A stretch of DNA of 64,000 bases from the NCBI GenBank assembly GCA_965209055.1, contig OZ242374.1, forward strand, positions 2,272,001 through 2,336,000. Reading direction: 5' to 3'. Positions within the stretch are counted from its first letter, which is position 1. Each line of letters opens with the position of its first letter. Under the pieces are notes generated by a model, which saw only the letters and a list, made by a program, of their open reading frames with translations, made no database searches and was not told where the DNA came from. This stretch comes from Acidobacteriota bacterium. GTDB lineage: Bacteria; Acidobacteriota; UBA6911; RPQK01; JAJDTT01. Shown piece by piece: positions 9,542 to 18,921 of this stretch. The position numbers and the translations under genes were made by a program.

Positions 9542-9637
9542 GGAATCTCCCCTTTCTCCAAGGCGGCGCCGGAGCACTTGCGAATTCGTTGCCGGGACGA
9601 ACAGACGTTTATTGGCAATACTCCACCCGGATGAGAA

Positions 9638-10006
9638 CTAACCGGACCGAACTTTGGGGGGTGCTGCGTCGCCGTCGGACGGGCCGTTTGAGGGACCAGC
9701 GAACAACACGACGTAGTCTCGTTCGATCTCAAGGTGGAAACTCTTCGGCAGTCGCGCCCAATCGTGTGCTTGAACGAGGATCGGGATGTTGGACCGCTCC
9801 AGCGCCTCTATGAAATCGACGTATTTGTCCCTTGGGACCGGTTCCAGCGTCGGACTGCGCAATACCAGATCCAAGTCGCTGCCTGGATGGCTCTGGCCGT
9901 TGACGCGGCTTCCGTAGGCCCAGGCCTCCACTTCCGGCAGATGTTTCCCCAATAGGGCTTCAATCTGCTTCCGGTAGCGCTGAGGCAGGTCCAGATGCTC
10001 AGTCAT
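9638..10006 (-). CDS. MNT minimal nucleotidyltransferase antitoxin (MntA-like)
   Basis: Exact GSX10DXD motif (GSRVNGQSHPGSDLD); overlaps the HEPN gene. Confidence 0.88.
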   Translation of the reverse strand: MTEHLDLPQRYRKQIEALLGKHLPEVEAWAYGSRVNGQSHPGSDLDLVLRSPTLEPVPRDKYVDFIEALERSNIPILVQAHDWARLPKSFHLEIERDYVVLFAGPSNGPSDGDAAPPKVRSG

Positions 10007-10421
10007 CCGGGTTCTCCGCTATAACCCGAGCCATCTCCTTGGCATCTTCTATGAAACGGGGCAATAGCCTGAGCGTCGTTTCGGCGAAGTCCACGCCGTA
10101 CTGGTGCGCCGTGTCGTTTCGGTTGTCCCGGTATTCGAGCCAGCGTTCGCAACTGTCAACGGAGATCAACCCATGTTTGGCGGCATGGCGGAACCGGTTC
10201 GTGAAGGTGAGACGGTCCGCCCTGCGGTTGCTGGCAAAGTAAGGTCTGAGCCGTTTCTTCAGCAGGCTGCCGCTTTGCTCCAAGATTAATTCAAACTCTT
10301 TGACACAAGCCGCGCGAAAGATGTCATAGGCAACGTCACCCGCGTCATGCTGCTGCAACTGCTCGAACGCGGCCTCCAAAGTGCGGATACACTGAGTGAC
10401 GAAATCCGTGTTGAGGATCAT
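9999..10421 (-). CDS. HEPN / nucleotidyltransferase substrate-binding protein (HI0074-like toxin)
   Basis: RX4HXY motif (RNDTAHQY), KEFELILE helix; paired with MNT. Confidence 0.88.
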   Translation of the reverse strand: MILNTDFVTQCIRTLEAAFEQLQQHDAGDVAYDIFRAACVKEFELILEQSGSLLKKRLRPYFASNRRADRLTFTNRFRHAAKHGLISVDSCERWLEYRDNRNDTAHQYGVDFAETTLRLLPRFIEDAKEMARVIAENPDD

Positions 10422-10839
10422 ATTCCATTAACTGTCCCAAACCCCAAGCGCTCCGGATTCGTCTCGATTGGCGCGTCCAGCGTAGCGGCCCTGAAGATGA
10501 CTTCCGCCAAGACTTCGGTCCTGAACGGTTTGCCGTCCAACTCGAATCGAATCACGGGTCCATTTTAGACCTCATTCCTCACCCGTGCACCAGACAAAGG
10601 GATACGAGAACTGAAGATCGCCGCCGAAAAGTTCATGGTGAGAATCTCTCGCGGTGTGGGCTGGATTCTCATGATCACGCTTGGCGGGGATTTCCGCTTC
10701 CCATCTGCACGCCGTGGAGTCCACTCCGGGATCTGTTACTCTACGGAAACCACGTGGATTCAACCATCTGCGATGGAATGCGGGACCGGCCGCGAAGTTG
10801 GGCATAGGCGTCTGCGATGAAGACTGGAGAGGAGCCGCA

Positions 10840-12336
10840 ATGATCGGGGGAAACCAATGCTTGAGCTTCGGGGATAGGATTCGATTCGGAAACCGGGGTG
10901 CCCTGCTCCTGCTCCTGGCCACGCTCGTTTCTTCACCGATCGGCGCCGAAGACAAGCCGGTCCGGGACATCGGCTCGCGGCTGGAGCTTTTCCTCGACGA
11001 CACCCTGATCGACCGCCTGCATGGCGCACGGCTCAAGCTGCACAGGCCCCGTTCCAAGGGGATCGTGCTGCGCTTCAATGAGCCTTGGGAAGGAGAGTTT
11101 GCCGGATTTCCCAGGATTGTCGACGACTCCGGGACCTACCGCATGTACTACCGCGGCCTTCCTCCCTGGAAGAAGGGGGAACCGCTGGTGGAATCCACCT
11201 GCGTGGCCGTGAGCCGCGACGGCATCCACTGGGAGAAGCCCAACGTGGGCCGGATCGAACTCCTGGGCTCGACCCGGAACAACGCCGTCTTCGAGGGGAG
11301 CGGTTTCGCACCCTTCCTGGATACCCGTCCCGGGGTGCCTCACTCGAAGCGCCTCAAGGCTCTCAAGGGGCCTCCCCGGTTGGAGACCGGGATCGGTGTC
11401 CGGGCATACGTCTCATCCGACGGCGTCCACTGGGAGGTGATGCACGACGCGTATCCCGGGGAGCGGTTGGGAAGCGTCTTCTGGAGCGCGGTGGAGGAAC
11501 GCTACGTCCAGTACGTCCGGTCCGACGACGAAAGGAGCGAAGAGCTGATCCGCACCGTCAGCCGGGCCACCTCCTCGGACTTCACGGGCTGGGGGGAGTT
11601 CTCCTTGATGGACTTCGGTCCGAACCCCCCGACCCGGGAGGAGCAGCTCTACACCATCGGCGTCCGTCCCTATTTCCGTGCGCCCCACATCTACCTGGCG
11701 CTGGCCGCCCGTTTCGTGCCCAACAAGAGGTCCCTCACCGACGAGGAGTGCGAGAAGCTGGGACGGCATCCGCTGGGGGGCGGCTGCAGCAGCATCGCCG
11801 ACACCGTTCTGCAGAGCATCCGCGCCTCTGAGCCTGACCGGATCCGCTGGACGTTCCCGGAGGCCTTCGTCCGGCCGGGATTGGAACCCAGCAGTTGGAG
11901 CGCCAGGACCAACTACCCGGGAGAGGGCTTCATCGCCACTTCGAAGGACGAGATCTCCTTCTACGTCCAGCGGGACTACGGCTTCAAGACCAATGGCATG
12001 GAGCGCTTCGTGGTGCGGACCGACGGTTTCGCCTCGGTTCGCGCGCCCTACGGCGGCGGCGAATTCCTCACCCGGCCCCTGCGGTTCTCGGGAAACGAGC
12101 TGGTCCTGAACTACGCCACGTCGGCGGCGGGCGGAATTCGCGTCGAGGTACAGGACGGGATGGGAGAGCCGATCCCGGGACGGAGCCTGGACGACTGCCC
12201 CGAGATCATCGGCGACGAGATCGAGCGGGTGGTGCGTTGGAAGGACGGCCCGGCTCTGGGCCGGCTCCAGGGGACGGTCGTCCGTCTGCGCTTCGTGATG
12301 AAGGGCGCCGATCTCTATTCGATCCGGTTCCGCTGA
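10840..12336 (+). CDS. Secreted five-bladed beta-propeller glycoside hydrolase-like protein (GH32/GH43/GH130-like fold)
   Basis: YRMYYRG, Asp-box-like SRDGIHW / SSDGVHW / SSDFTGW, C-terminal RTDGFAS...ADLYSIRF beta-sandwich; signal peptide; SD GGAG before ATG 10840. Confidence 0.7.
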   Translation: MIGGNQCLSFGDRIRFGNRGALLLLLATLVSSPIGAEDKPVRDIGSRLELFLDDTLIDRLHGARLKLHRPRSKGIVLRFNEPWEGEFAGFPRIVDDSGTYRMYYRGLPPWKKGEPLVESTCVAVSRDGIHWEKPNVGRIELLGSTRNNAVFEGSGFAPFLDTRPGVPHSKRLKALKGPPRLETGIGVRAYVSSDGVHWEVMHDAYPGERLGSVFWSAVEERYVQYVRSDDERSEELIRTVSRATSSDFTGWGEFSLMDFGPNPPTREEQLYTIGVRPYFRAPHIYLALAARFVPNKRSLTDEECEKLGRHPLGGGCSSIADTVLQSIRASEPDRIRWTFPEAFVRPGLEPSSWSARTNYPGEGFIATSKDEISFYVQRDYGFKTNGMERFVVRTDGFASVRAPYGGGEFLTRPLRFSGNELVLNYATSAAGGIRVEVQDGMGEPIPGRSLDDCPEIIGDEIERVVRWKDGPALGRLQGTVVRLRFVMKGADLYSIRFR

Positions 12337-12360
12337 ATCTCGATCCGGTTCCGCTGAATC
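12319..12360 (+). repeat. Perfect 2 x 21-bp tandem duplication TCGATCCGGTTCCGCTGAATC spanning a stop codon
   Basis: Seen directly at 12319-12339 and 12340-12360. Confidence 0.95.
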
Positions 12361-12363
12361 GTC

Positions 12364-13956
12364 ATGGGTGTCACCCGCAAGCCTGCTTTGGATCGGCGCA
12401 GCTTCCTGGCCGGTTCCGCCTCGTTCCTGGCGGCGGGGCGGGGACTGCGGGGCCGGAAACGCGCCTCCGAAGAGAGAACGCGAGACTACCGAATCGTTTA
12501 CAACGACGATTCCTTTGCGCCCATCCTCATGTCCGAAAGCCTGGAGCACTTCCTGGAACTGGCCGTCGACAGGTTTCAGGGGACCCAGGTGGATGCCCTC
12601 TTCTGGAACGTCATCTCCAGCGACGTGCTGCACTACCCTTCGGAGGTGGCGGAGATGGTGGGCGCCCATCTGGACGGTTTCGAATCGGCCGACTACTTCC
12701 AGTGGTACCAGCGCCTGATGAAGATCGTCGAAGAGCGGCCCGATTATCTCCAGGCCATGAATGATCGGGCTCGAGCGCGCGGTCTGGAGTTCTTCGCCTC
12801 GCTGCGGATGAACGACTGTCACGAGAGCCCGGTCTGGAAATCGATGGATACCCTCAGCCGGTACCGGAAGGAGCATCCCCAGTTCCTGTTGGGAGATGCG
12901 GTCCATCCCGGCTTCAGCACCGGATTCGATTTCGCCCATGCCCCGGTCCGGGAGCGCCGCTACCGGATCGTCGAGGAGCTGGCGACCCGCTACCGCCTCG
13001 ACGGCATCGAGCTGGACTTTCTGCGGCATCCGGCCTACTTCAAGCCGGATGAGGCCTACCGCAACCGGCATCTCATCACCGGCCTGGTCCGCCGGGTCCG
13101 GGCGCTGTTGGATCGGCTCCGGGAGGAGACGGGCCGGAGGGTCCGGCTTGCGGTTCGAGTCGCCACGCCCATGGAGATCTCGCTGCGGATGGGCCTGGAC
13201 GTGGAGACCTGGATCCGGGAGGGACTGCCCGACCTGGTCATCGCCGCCACGCCTCGCGGCTTCGAGTTGAGCCTTCCCTTGGAGCAGTACGTGGAAGCGG
13301 TTCGGGACCGGCCCATCACCCTGTTGGCCCAAATGGGCTGGCACCAGCCGGTGAAGGAAGCCCGCGGCGCCGCCTTGAATTTCTGGGACCAGGGGGCCCA
13401 CGGCATCTATCTCTTCAACTGGTACTCGCGAAAGGATCGGCATCACGAGTCCTTGCGCGAAATCGGCGACCCCGGCGTTCTGCGGAGGCGGGACAAGGTC
13501 TATCCGGTCCATACCCAGGAGGGCGATCTTTGGGCCGGCACCCACCCTCCCGCACAACTTCCCTTGCGCTTGTCCACCGCGTCTCAGGGGGACGGGGCGG
13601 ACGTCCGGCTCAGGATCGGGGACGACTTGGCCGCGGACGCCGCGGATGGCCGTCTCCGGAGCGCCCGGCTGCGGATGCGGTTCAAGAAGCTTCATTCCGA
13701 CGACAGTGTGGAAGTGGCGCTGAACGGAATCCCCCTGGCGCCTGAGACCGGAAAGCGCAGGATCGACGATGCCAACATGTACGTCTGGAAGTACTGGATC
13801 GAGTATGAGTTGCCGATTCCACCGCTGCGGGCGGGAGTCAACCGTTTTCTAATCCGGCTCGCTCACCGGAACCCCGGTCTGGACGGGCCGGTCACCTTGG
13901 CGGAGATGAAGGTGGAGCTGGACTACCGGGACGGCGACGATAGCCGAACCGTCTGA
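12364..13956 (+). CDS. Tat-exported GHL10-like (family 10 glycosylhydrolase-like) TIM-barrel protein, paralog 1
   Basis: DRRSFLA Tat motif; YNDD, SLRMND, DFAHAPVR, YRLDGIELDF, GIYLFN motifs. Confidence 0.75.
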   Translation: MGVTRKPALDRRSFLAGSASFLAAGRGLRGRKRASEERTRDYRIVYNDDSFAPILMSESLEHFLELAVDRFQGTQVDALFWNVISSDVLHYPSEVAEMVGAHLDGFESADYFQWYQRLMKIVEERPDYLQAMNDRARARGLEFFASLRMNDCHESPVWKSMDTLSRYRKEHPQFLLGDAVHPGFSTGFDFAHAPVRERRYRIVEELATRYRLDGIELDFLRHPAYFKPDEAYRNRHLITGLVRRVRALLDRLREETGRRVRLAVRVATPMEISLRMGLDVETWIREGLPDLVIAATPRGFELSLPLEQYVEAVRDRPITLLAQMGWHQPVKEARGAALNFWDQGAHGIYLFNWYSRKDRHHESLREIGDPGVLRRRDKVYPVHTQEGDLWAGTHPPAQLPLRLSTASQGDGADVRLRIGDDLAADAADGRLRSARLRMRFKKLHSDDSVEVALNGIPLAPETGKRRIDDANMYVWKYWIEYELPIPPLRAGVNRFLIRLAHRNPGLDGPVTLAEMKVELDYRDGDDSRTV

Positions 13957-14025
13957 GACGTGAGAGGGTAGTTGTCGCGGCCATCTTCTCTCGGAGTCCG
14001 TGAACGAGCGGCAAGGAGATCGATC

Positions 14026-15246
14026 ATGATTCGAAGGGATTTTCTGAAGACCGCGGCGGGGACTGCCGCCGCTCTCGGTTCGGGGTCCGCCTCTGCGGCT
14101 GCGGCCGAGACGGCGGCACCGACCTATCGAGCCGGCGTCATCGGCCTGGGCTGGACCGGCGTCCTCTACGATCTGGCCGGCCGAGGTGGGCTGCACCGGC
14201 AGGGAACCTATTGGGATCCCGCCTACGACATGGAGGGAGACCGCCCCACGCCCGGCGAGATCGACGTTCACCGGAAGTTCTACCACCACGATCACCCGGG
14301 GAACGAGGGTCTGCCCGTCTCCTACTCGGAAGCGCTTCACTCCCGTCCCGAAGTGGAGCTGGTGGCGGGAGCGGAACGGGACCGGAGACGGTTGGCGATC
14401 TTCGGGGAGCGCTATGGAATCGATGCCCTCTACACCGACGCCATCGAGATGTTCCGCCGCGAACGGCTGGACATCGTCGCGGTCTGCACCAACGTGAAGG
14501 GCCGTTCCTTTCTGACCTGCGCCGCGGTGGAGCACGGGGCCAAGGCGGTGATCACGGAGAAGCCCATGGTCTTCACCCTGGAGGAGGCGGACCGGATGGT
14601 CCAGGCTTGTGCGGACCGGGGGGTTCCGCTGGTGGCCGGAGCCATTACCACGGTCCATCCCTCTTTCGAGAAGGCGAAGCAGATGGTTCTGGACGGGACC
14701 ATCGGAGAGGTGGTCTCCATTGAGGCCGGCTTCTACCTCTCCCAACATCAGAACTGGACCTACTTCATCGACAGTCCGCCGGCCTGGGTGAGCGGCATCG
14801 GCGACAGCCCACGCCTGGAAAACGGCAGCGACGAATTTCGGGGTCAGGGGATGATGGTGACCCGGAAGGGTCAGGTGGTCCACTTTCGGCCCGGCGGTCC
14901 CATGATCCGGGTCAGTGGATCGAAGGGGGAGATCAGCTTCGACCGCAGGGGAAGAGGATGGAGGATCTGGCGGGACGTCAAATCTCTGTCCGGCCCGACG
15001 CGGCGAGTCGAAGTCCCCTGGCCCGATCCCAAGTTCGTGGGTTCCTATGGAGCCGTCAACTGCCTCGACGATGCCCTGAGGTGCCTGGCCGGAGACTTGG
15101 ACGAACCCAAGAACTCGGGCCGGCGCGTGGCTCAGGCCATGGAGGTGGAGATCGCCCTCAAATTGTCCTCGGCTCGCGGCGGAGAGCGGGTGGAACTTCC
15201 CCTGGCCGACCGGTCTCTGGGCCTGAACTACGCCTGGTTCCGTTGA
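14026..15246 (+). CDS. Tat-exported Gfo/Idh/MocA family oxidoreductase
   Basis: IRRDFLK Tat motif; GLGWTG Rossmann motif; EKPM; SD AAGGAG. Confidence 0.85.
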   Translation: MIRRDFLKTAAGTAAALGSGSASAAAAETAAPTYRAGVIGLGWTGVLYDLAGRGGLHRQGTYWDPAYDMEGDRPTPGEIDVHRKFYHHDHPGNEGLPVSYSEALHSRPEVELVAGAERDRRRLAIFGERYGIDALYTDAIEMFRRERLDIVAVCTNVKGRSFLTCAAVEHGAKAVITEKPMVFTLEEADRMVQACADRGVPLVAGAITTVHPSFEKAKQMVLDGTIGEVVSIEAGFYLSQHQNWTYFIDSPPAWVSGIGDSPRLENGSDEFRGQGMMVTRKGQVVHFRPGGPMIRVSGSKGEISFDRRGRGWRIWRDVKSLSGPTRRVEVPWPDPKFVGSYGAVNCLDDALRCLAGDLDEPKNSGRRVAQAMEVEIALKLSSARGGERVELPLADRSLGLNYAWFR

Positions 15247-15271
15247 GCAAAAGGGAGTTTGGCAACCGAGG

Positions 15272-16975
15272 ATGAAACGCAGGCGCTTCTTTCTGACCGC
15301 CCTGACCGCTGGACTCTCCTCGCGCCTGGCCAGGGCTCGAGGCGAAACGGCTCGCAAGAGCCGTGCCTCGCCGGGCTCTCCGATCCCCCGGATCATGTTC
15401 ACCCACGACAGCCGCCACCCGGCCGTCTACATGTACGAACCGCCCATGGAGCGGGAGGAGTTCGAGGCGGCGGTGGACGAGCTGGCGGGGACGCCCGTGG
15501 ACGCCCTGATGTTCGGCCTGGCCGACGGCCGGACCTTCTTTCACGACACCAAGGTGGGGGAGATCTGGGGGGACCCGATCCGGAAGTGGCCCCACCTGAT
15601 CTTTCGGCGGGCGCGCCAGAACGTCAAGATGATGTTGGACCGGGGCCAGGACCCGCTCCGAATCGTCTGCGAACGGGCCCGGGCCAAGGGCATGCGGTTG
15701 TACCCGACGCTGTTGGTCAATCAGTGGTTGTTCGGGGATTCTCCCCAAGATGACGTCAGGGCATCCAGCTTCCGCTGGAAGAACCGGCATCTGGAAATCG
15801 GCGCCGCCGGGGATCTGGAGGAATTCCCAGGGAAGACTCATCTGGATTTCAAGCATGAAGCGGTCCGGGAAGAGCGGTTGGCCGTGATTCGGGAGGTGTT
15901 GAACAACTACCCCGTCGATGGATTCGAACTCCATCTCAATTACGCCGGACCCTTCTTTTTTCACCCGGATCGGGTCGCGGCCGGCCGCAAGATCATGTCG
16001 TCCTGGGTGTCTCAGGTCCACCAGGCGGTGAAGGCCAGCGGTGCGGAACGGGAGCTGGTGATTACGGTTCCGGTCGACCTGGAACGCGCCTATTCCCGGG
16101 GACTGGACGTGCGGCAGTGGATCCGCGACGGAAGCGTCGACGTCCTGGTGGGTGCGTCCCACAACTCCATGGATCATGGGGCCGACTTCCGGCCCCTGGT
16201 CCAAGCCGCCCGGGGCTCCTCTTGCCGGGTCTACGCGGGTCTCAACGGGCAGGTCTACTCCGACCGGCTTCAGAACTCCGACATCACCGTCGCGCGGGCG
16301 GGCGCCTGCAACTACTGGGCCCAGGGAGTGGACGGGCTCTACCTGGACCAGTGGTACGCCCGCTGGCCTTACCAGGCATCCTTCTACGAGCAGCTCCGGG
16401 AGGTGCCCCATCCGGACGTGATGGCCGCCAAGGACAAGTTCTACTTCGTGCCGACCCGGGCCGGGACCCGGCTTCGCTCCCACGAGCCACCGTTGCCCCT
16501 TCCGCGGAAGCTGGAGGTGGGACGGGCGGTGGCAGTCGATTTGGAGATCGCGGACGACCTGCCCCGGTGGGATCGCGCCGGCCGCGTCCACGAGGTTCTG
16601 CTTCGCCTGCGTATCGCCGGGACCACCGAGCTGGATCGTTGGCGGTTCACCCTCAACGGCCGGCGTCTGCCCGAGCAGCGGATGAGAAAGATCAACCAGA
16701 TCTACACCATGAGGTCCCCCAGGAGGCAAAGAGTCGCCGGCTACTGGATCGTTTTTCGTCCGGACCGGGAACAATGGCCGCGGCAGGGAAGGAATCGGAT
16801 CGAGGTCACCCTCCTGGAGCGGGATCCGGACGTGACACCGCCCGTCGAGCTCCGGGACGTGGAACTGGAGGTCCGGTACCTGCGGGGGAAGAATTCCTGG
16901 AGGGGCCGGGATCCGGACGATCTGGGCAGAAACGAGACCATGGTCCGCCTGGGGCCGGGAGCCCGCTTGGTATGA
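15272..16975 (+). CDS. Tat-exported GHL10-like TIM-barrel protein, paralog 2
   Basis: KRRRFFL Tat motif; LDFKHEAVR, YPVDGFEL, WAQGVDGLYL; clear similarity to 18922..20508. Confidence 0.75.
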   Translation: MKRRRFFLTALTAGLSSRLARARGETARKSRASPGSPIPRIMFTHDSRHPAVYMYEPPMEREEFEAAVDELAGTPVDALMFGLADGRTFFHDTKVGEIWGDPIRKWPHLIFRRARQNVKMMLDRGQDPLRIVCERARAKGMRLYPTLLVNQWLFGDSPQDDVRASSFRWKNRHLEIGAAGDLEEFPGKTHLDFKHEAVREERLAVIREVLNNYPVDGFELHLNYAGPFFFHPDRVAAGRKIMSSWVSQVHQAVKASGAERELVITVPVDLERAYSRGLDVRQWIRDGSVDVLVGASHNSMDHGADFRPLVQAARGSSCRVYAGLNGQVYSDRLQNSDITVARAGACNYWAQGVDGLYLDQWYARWPYQASFYEQLREVPHPDVMAAKDKFYFVPTRAGTRLRSHEPPLPLPRKLEVGRAVAVDLEIADDLPRWDRAGRVHEVLLRLRIAGTTELDRWRFTLNGRRLPEQRMRKINQIYTMRSPRRQRVAGYWIVFRPDREQWPRQGRNRIEVTLLERDPDVTPPVELRDVELEVRYLRGKNSWRGRDPDDLGRNETMVRLGPGARLV

Positions 16976-17000
16976 CCGTGTTGGATGGGGAGAAGAGAAC

Positions 17001-18899
17001 ATGAGGAATTCGCTTTTCGGGAAATGGCTTGGGCCCGCGGCTGCTGCGGCGCTGGTGCTCTTGCTCGCCGCCGGCTGCCGGATGGGGGAACCCTGGACCG
17101 AGGACAACGCCCGGGTGATCCAGGAAAACGGAGTCCAGGGAAGGGAGCGGGAGGTTCCCGATCTGGGCGTTCGCTCCAACCTGGACTGGGACAAGGTCTA
17201 TCCCGATGGGACGCTTCCCAAGCTGGAGTTGGCTCCCGGGGTCACGGCCCGGGCGGCGTGGGGCCAGGGGACCCTCTACGAATACGTGACCTTGGAGCCG
17301 GGCGCCGTCTATCCGGAAGAGACATTGGACGTGGAGGTGATCACTACGGTCCGGGCCGGCGGCATGACCCTGCGGGTGGATGACCAGGATCGAACGTTGG
17401 CCAAGAACGACGTGATCTACCTGGCCGAGGGGACCCGGCGCCGGATGGAGGCGGGCGCCGAGGGCGCGGAGCTGGTCGAAATCTTCTCGCCTCTGAGAAC
17501 CGACCACCTGGAGTTGGCCGGTGTCGAGGTCGAACCCGCGGAGATGCCGGATCAGGGGGTGATGCCTTCGTTGGAGGCGGGAAAGGTCTACAACATGGGG
17601 CAGATTCAACTCACGCCTCTGATCCCCGCCGACAAGAGCCTTCCCTACCCGCGCAGCAAGGCGAATTCACGGCTCATCTGGGGCAAGAACGCCATGCTCA
17701 GCTTCATCACCCTGGATCCGTCGGCGTACTTCCCCTTACACATCCATCCCGAGGACCAACTGATGATGGTGCTTCGAGGGAACGTGGTGCAGACCATGGT
17801 CGATCTCAACTTGCCGGTGGACGGGCAGGCCCGGCATGCCCTCTTCGTTCCGGGAGGAATGGTGCATGCCGGAGAGTCGGGGGAGTTCGGAGCCGACGTC
17901 CTGGATGCCTTCTGGCCGGTGAGGCCCGACTATCTGGAGGCGGCCACCCGCCAGAGCGCCCGTTATCAAGAAGTGATCGCCCCCGGAAGCGAGCCGGAGC
18001 GGGTGGCCACCGGCTTTACGTTCCTGGAGGGTCCCACCTGGATGGATGAGCGGCTCTACTTCTCCGACATGTATTTTGAGGATCCGGCGGCGGGCGACTG
18101 GACCGGAGATCCCAAGCGGAGCCGCCTGATCCGCATGGAGCCGAACGGCGAGACCAGGGTGCTCTCCCGGGGCCGGCAGACCAACGGAACCATTGCCTCC
18201 CGGCGCGGCAACCTCATCGTCTGCGACATGTTCGGACACCGGGTCGTGGAGGTCCATCCCCGGACCGGGAGGGTCATCCGCAACGTGCTCAGACGGGTCA
18301 ACGGCAAGCCTGTGGACGGTCCCAACGACTTGGTCATGGACGCCAAGGGGGGCATCTATGTCACCGATCCCCAATTCACGCTGGAGGCGAAGAAGAGCCA
18401 GCCCGGCGCCCAGGTCTACTATGTCCCGCGCAGAGGCCGCGCCCGGGTGGTGGTGCCGGCCGGGGAATTCGCCATGCCCAACGGCGTGGAGGTCTCGCCG
18501 GACGGCAAGACCCTCTACCTGAACAACACCTGGAAGAGCCCGGGTGAAAACTTCGTCTGGGCCTACGATATCCAGGAAGACGGATCGCTTGCCAACAAGC
18601 GCAAGTTCGCCATGCTCAACCTGACACCAGAAATAATGGATGCCGCCGACCCGGAAGACCGCGTCAACACCCAAGCCGACGGGATGGCGGTGGACATGGA
18701 GGGCCGAATCTATGTCGGAACGCTCTCCGGGGTTCAGATCTTCGACAACACCGGCCTTTACGTCGGGACCATCCACACCCCCGAGTTGCCGGTGGTGAGC
18801 TGCACCTTCGGAGGCGACAACTACGACGAGCTCTACATGGTCAGCCCCAATTCCGTCTGGAGGATACCGACCAGGGTTCAAGGCTTCCGGCATCCGTAG
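17001..18899 (+). CDS. Lipoprotein: bicupin fused to SMP-30/gluconolactonase domain
   Basis: Lipobox LAAGC; cupin HIHPEDQ...VHAG; SMP-30 motifs FLEGPTW, GPNDL, PNGVEVSPDG, ADGMAVD. Confidence 0.85.
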   Translation: MRNSLFGKWLGPAAAAALVLLLAAGCRMGEPWTEDNARVIQENGVQGREREVPDLGVRSNLDWDKVYPDGTLPKLELAPGVTARAAWGQGTLYEYVTLEPGAVYPEETLDVEVITTVRAGGMTLRVDDQDRTLAKNDVIYLAEGTRRRMEAGAEGAELVEIFSPLRTDHLELAGVEVEPAEMPDQGVMPSLEAGKVYNMGQIQLTPLIPADKSLPYPRSKANSRLIWGKNAMLSFITLDPSAYFPLHIHPEDQLMMVLRGNVVQTMVDLNLPVDGQARHALFVPGGMVHAGESGEFGADVLDAFWPVRPDYLEAATRQSARYQEVIAPGSEPERVATGFTFLEGPTWMDERLYFSDMYFEDPAAGDWTGDPKRSRLIRMEPNGETRVLSRGRQTNGTIASRRGNLIVCDMFGHRVVEVHPRTGRVIRNVLRRVNGKPVDGPNDLVMDAKGGIYVTDPQFTLEAKKSQPGAQVYYVPRRGRARVVVPAGEFAMPNGVEVSPDGKTLYLNNTWKSPGENFVWAYDIQEDGSLANKRKFAMLNLTPEIMDAADPEDRVNTQADGMAVDMEGRIYVGTLSGVQIFDNTGLYVGTIHTPELPVVSCTFGGDNYDELYMVSPNSVWRIPTRVQGFRHP

Positions 18900-18921
18900 C
18901 TTCGGGGGCGCAAGAAACACC

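Noticed and set aside
9542-10839. Genomic island or IS around the HEPN-MNT pair
   Set aside because: No transposase, integrase, tRNA target or flanking direct repeats identified
11413-13695. 760-aa minus-strand ORF
   Set aside because: Antisense shadow of well-supported plus-strand genes in high-GC DNA; no recognisable motifs
15158-17194. 678-aa minus-strand ORF
   Set aside because: Antisense shadow of GHL10-like paralog 2
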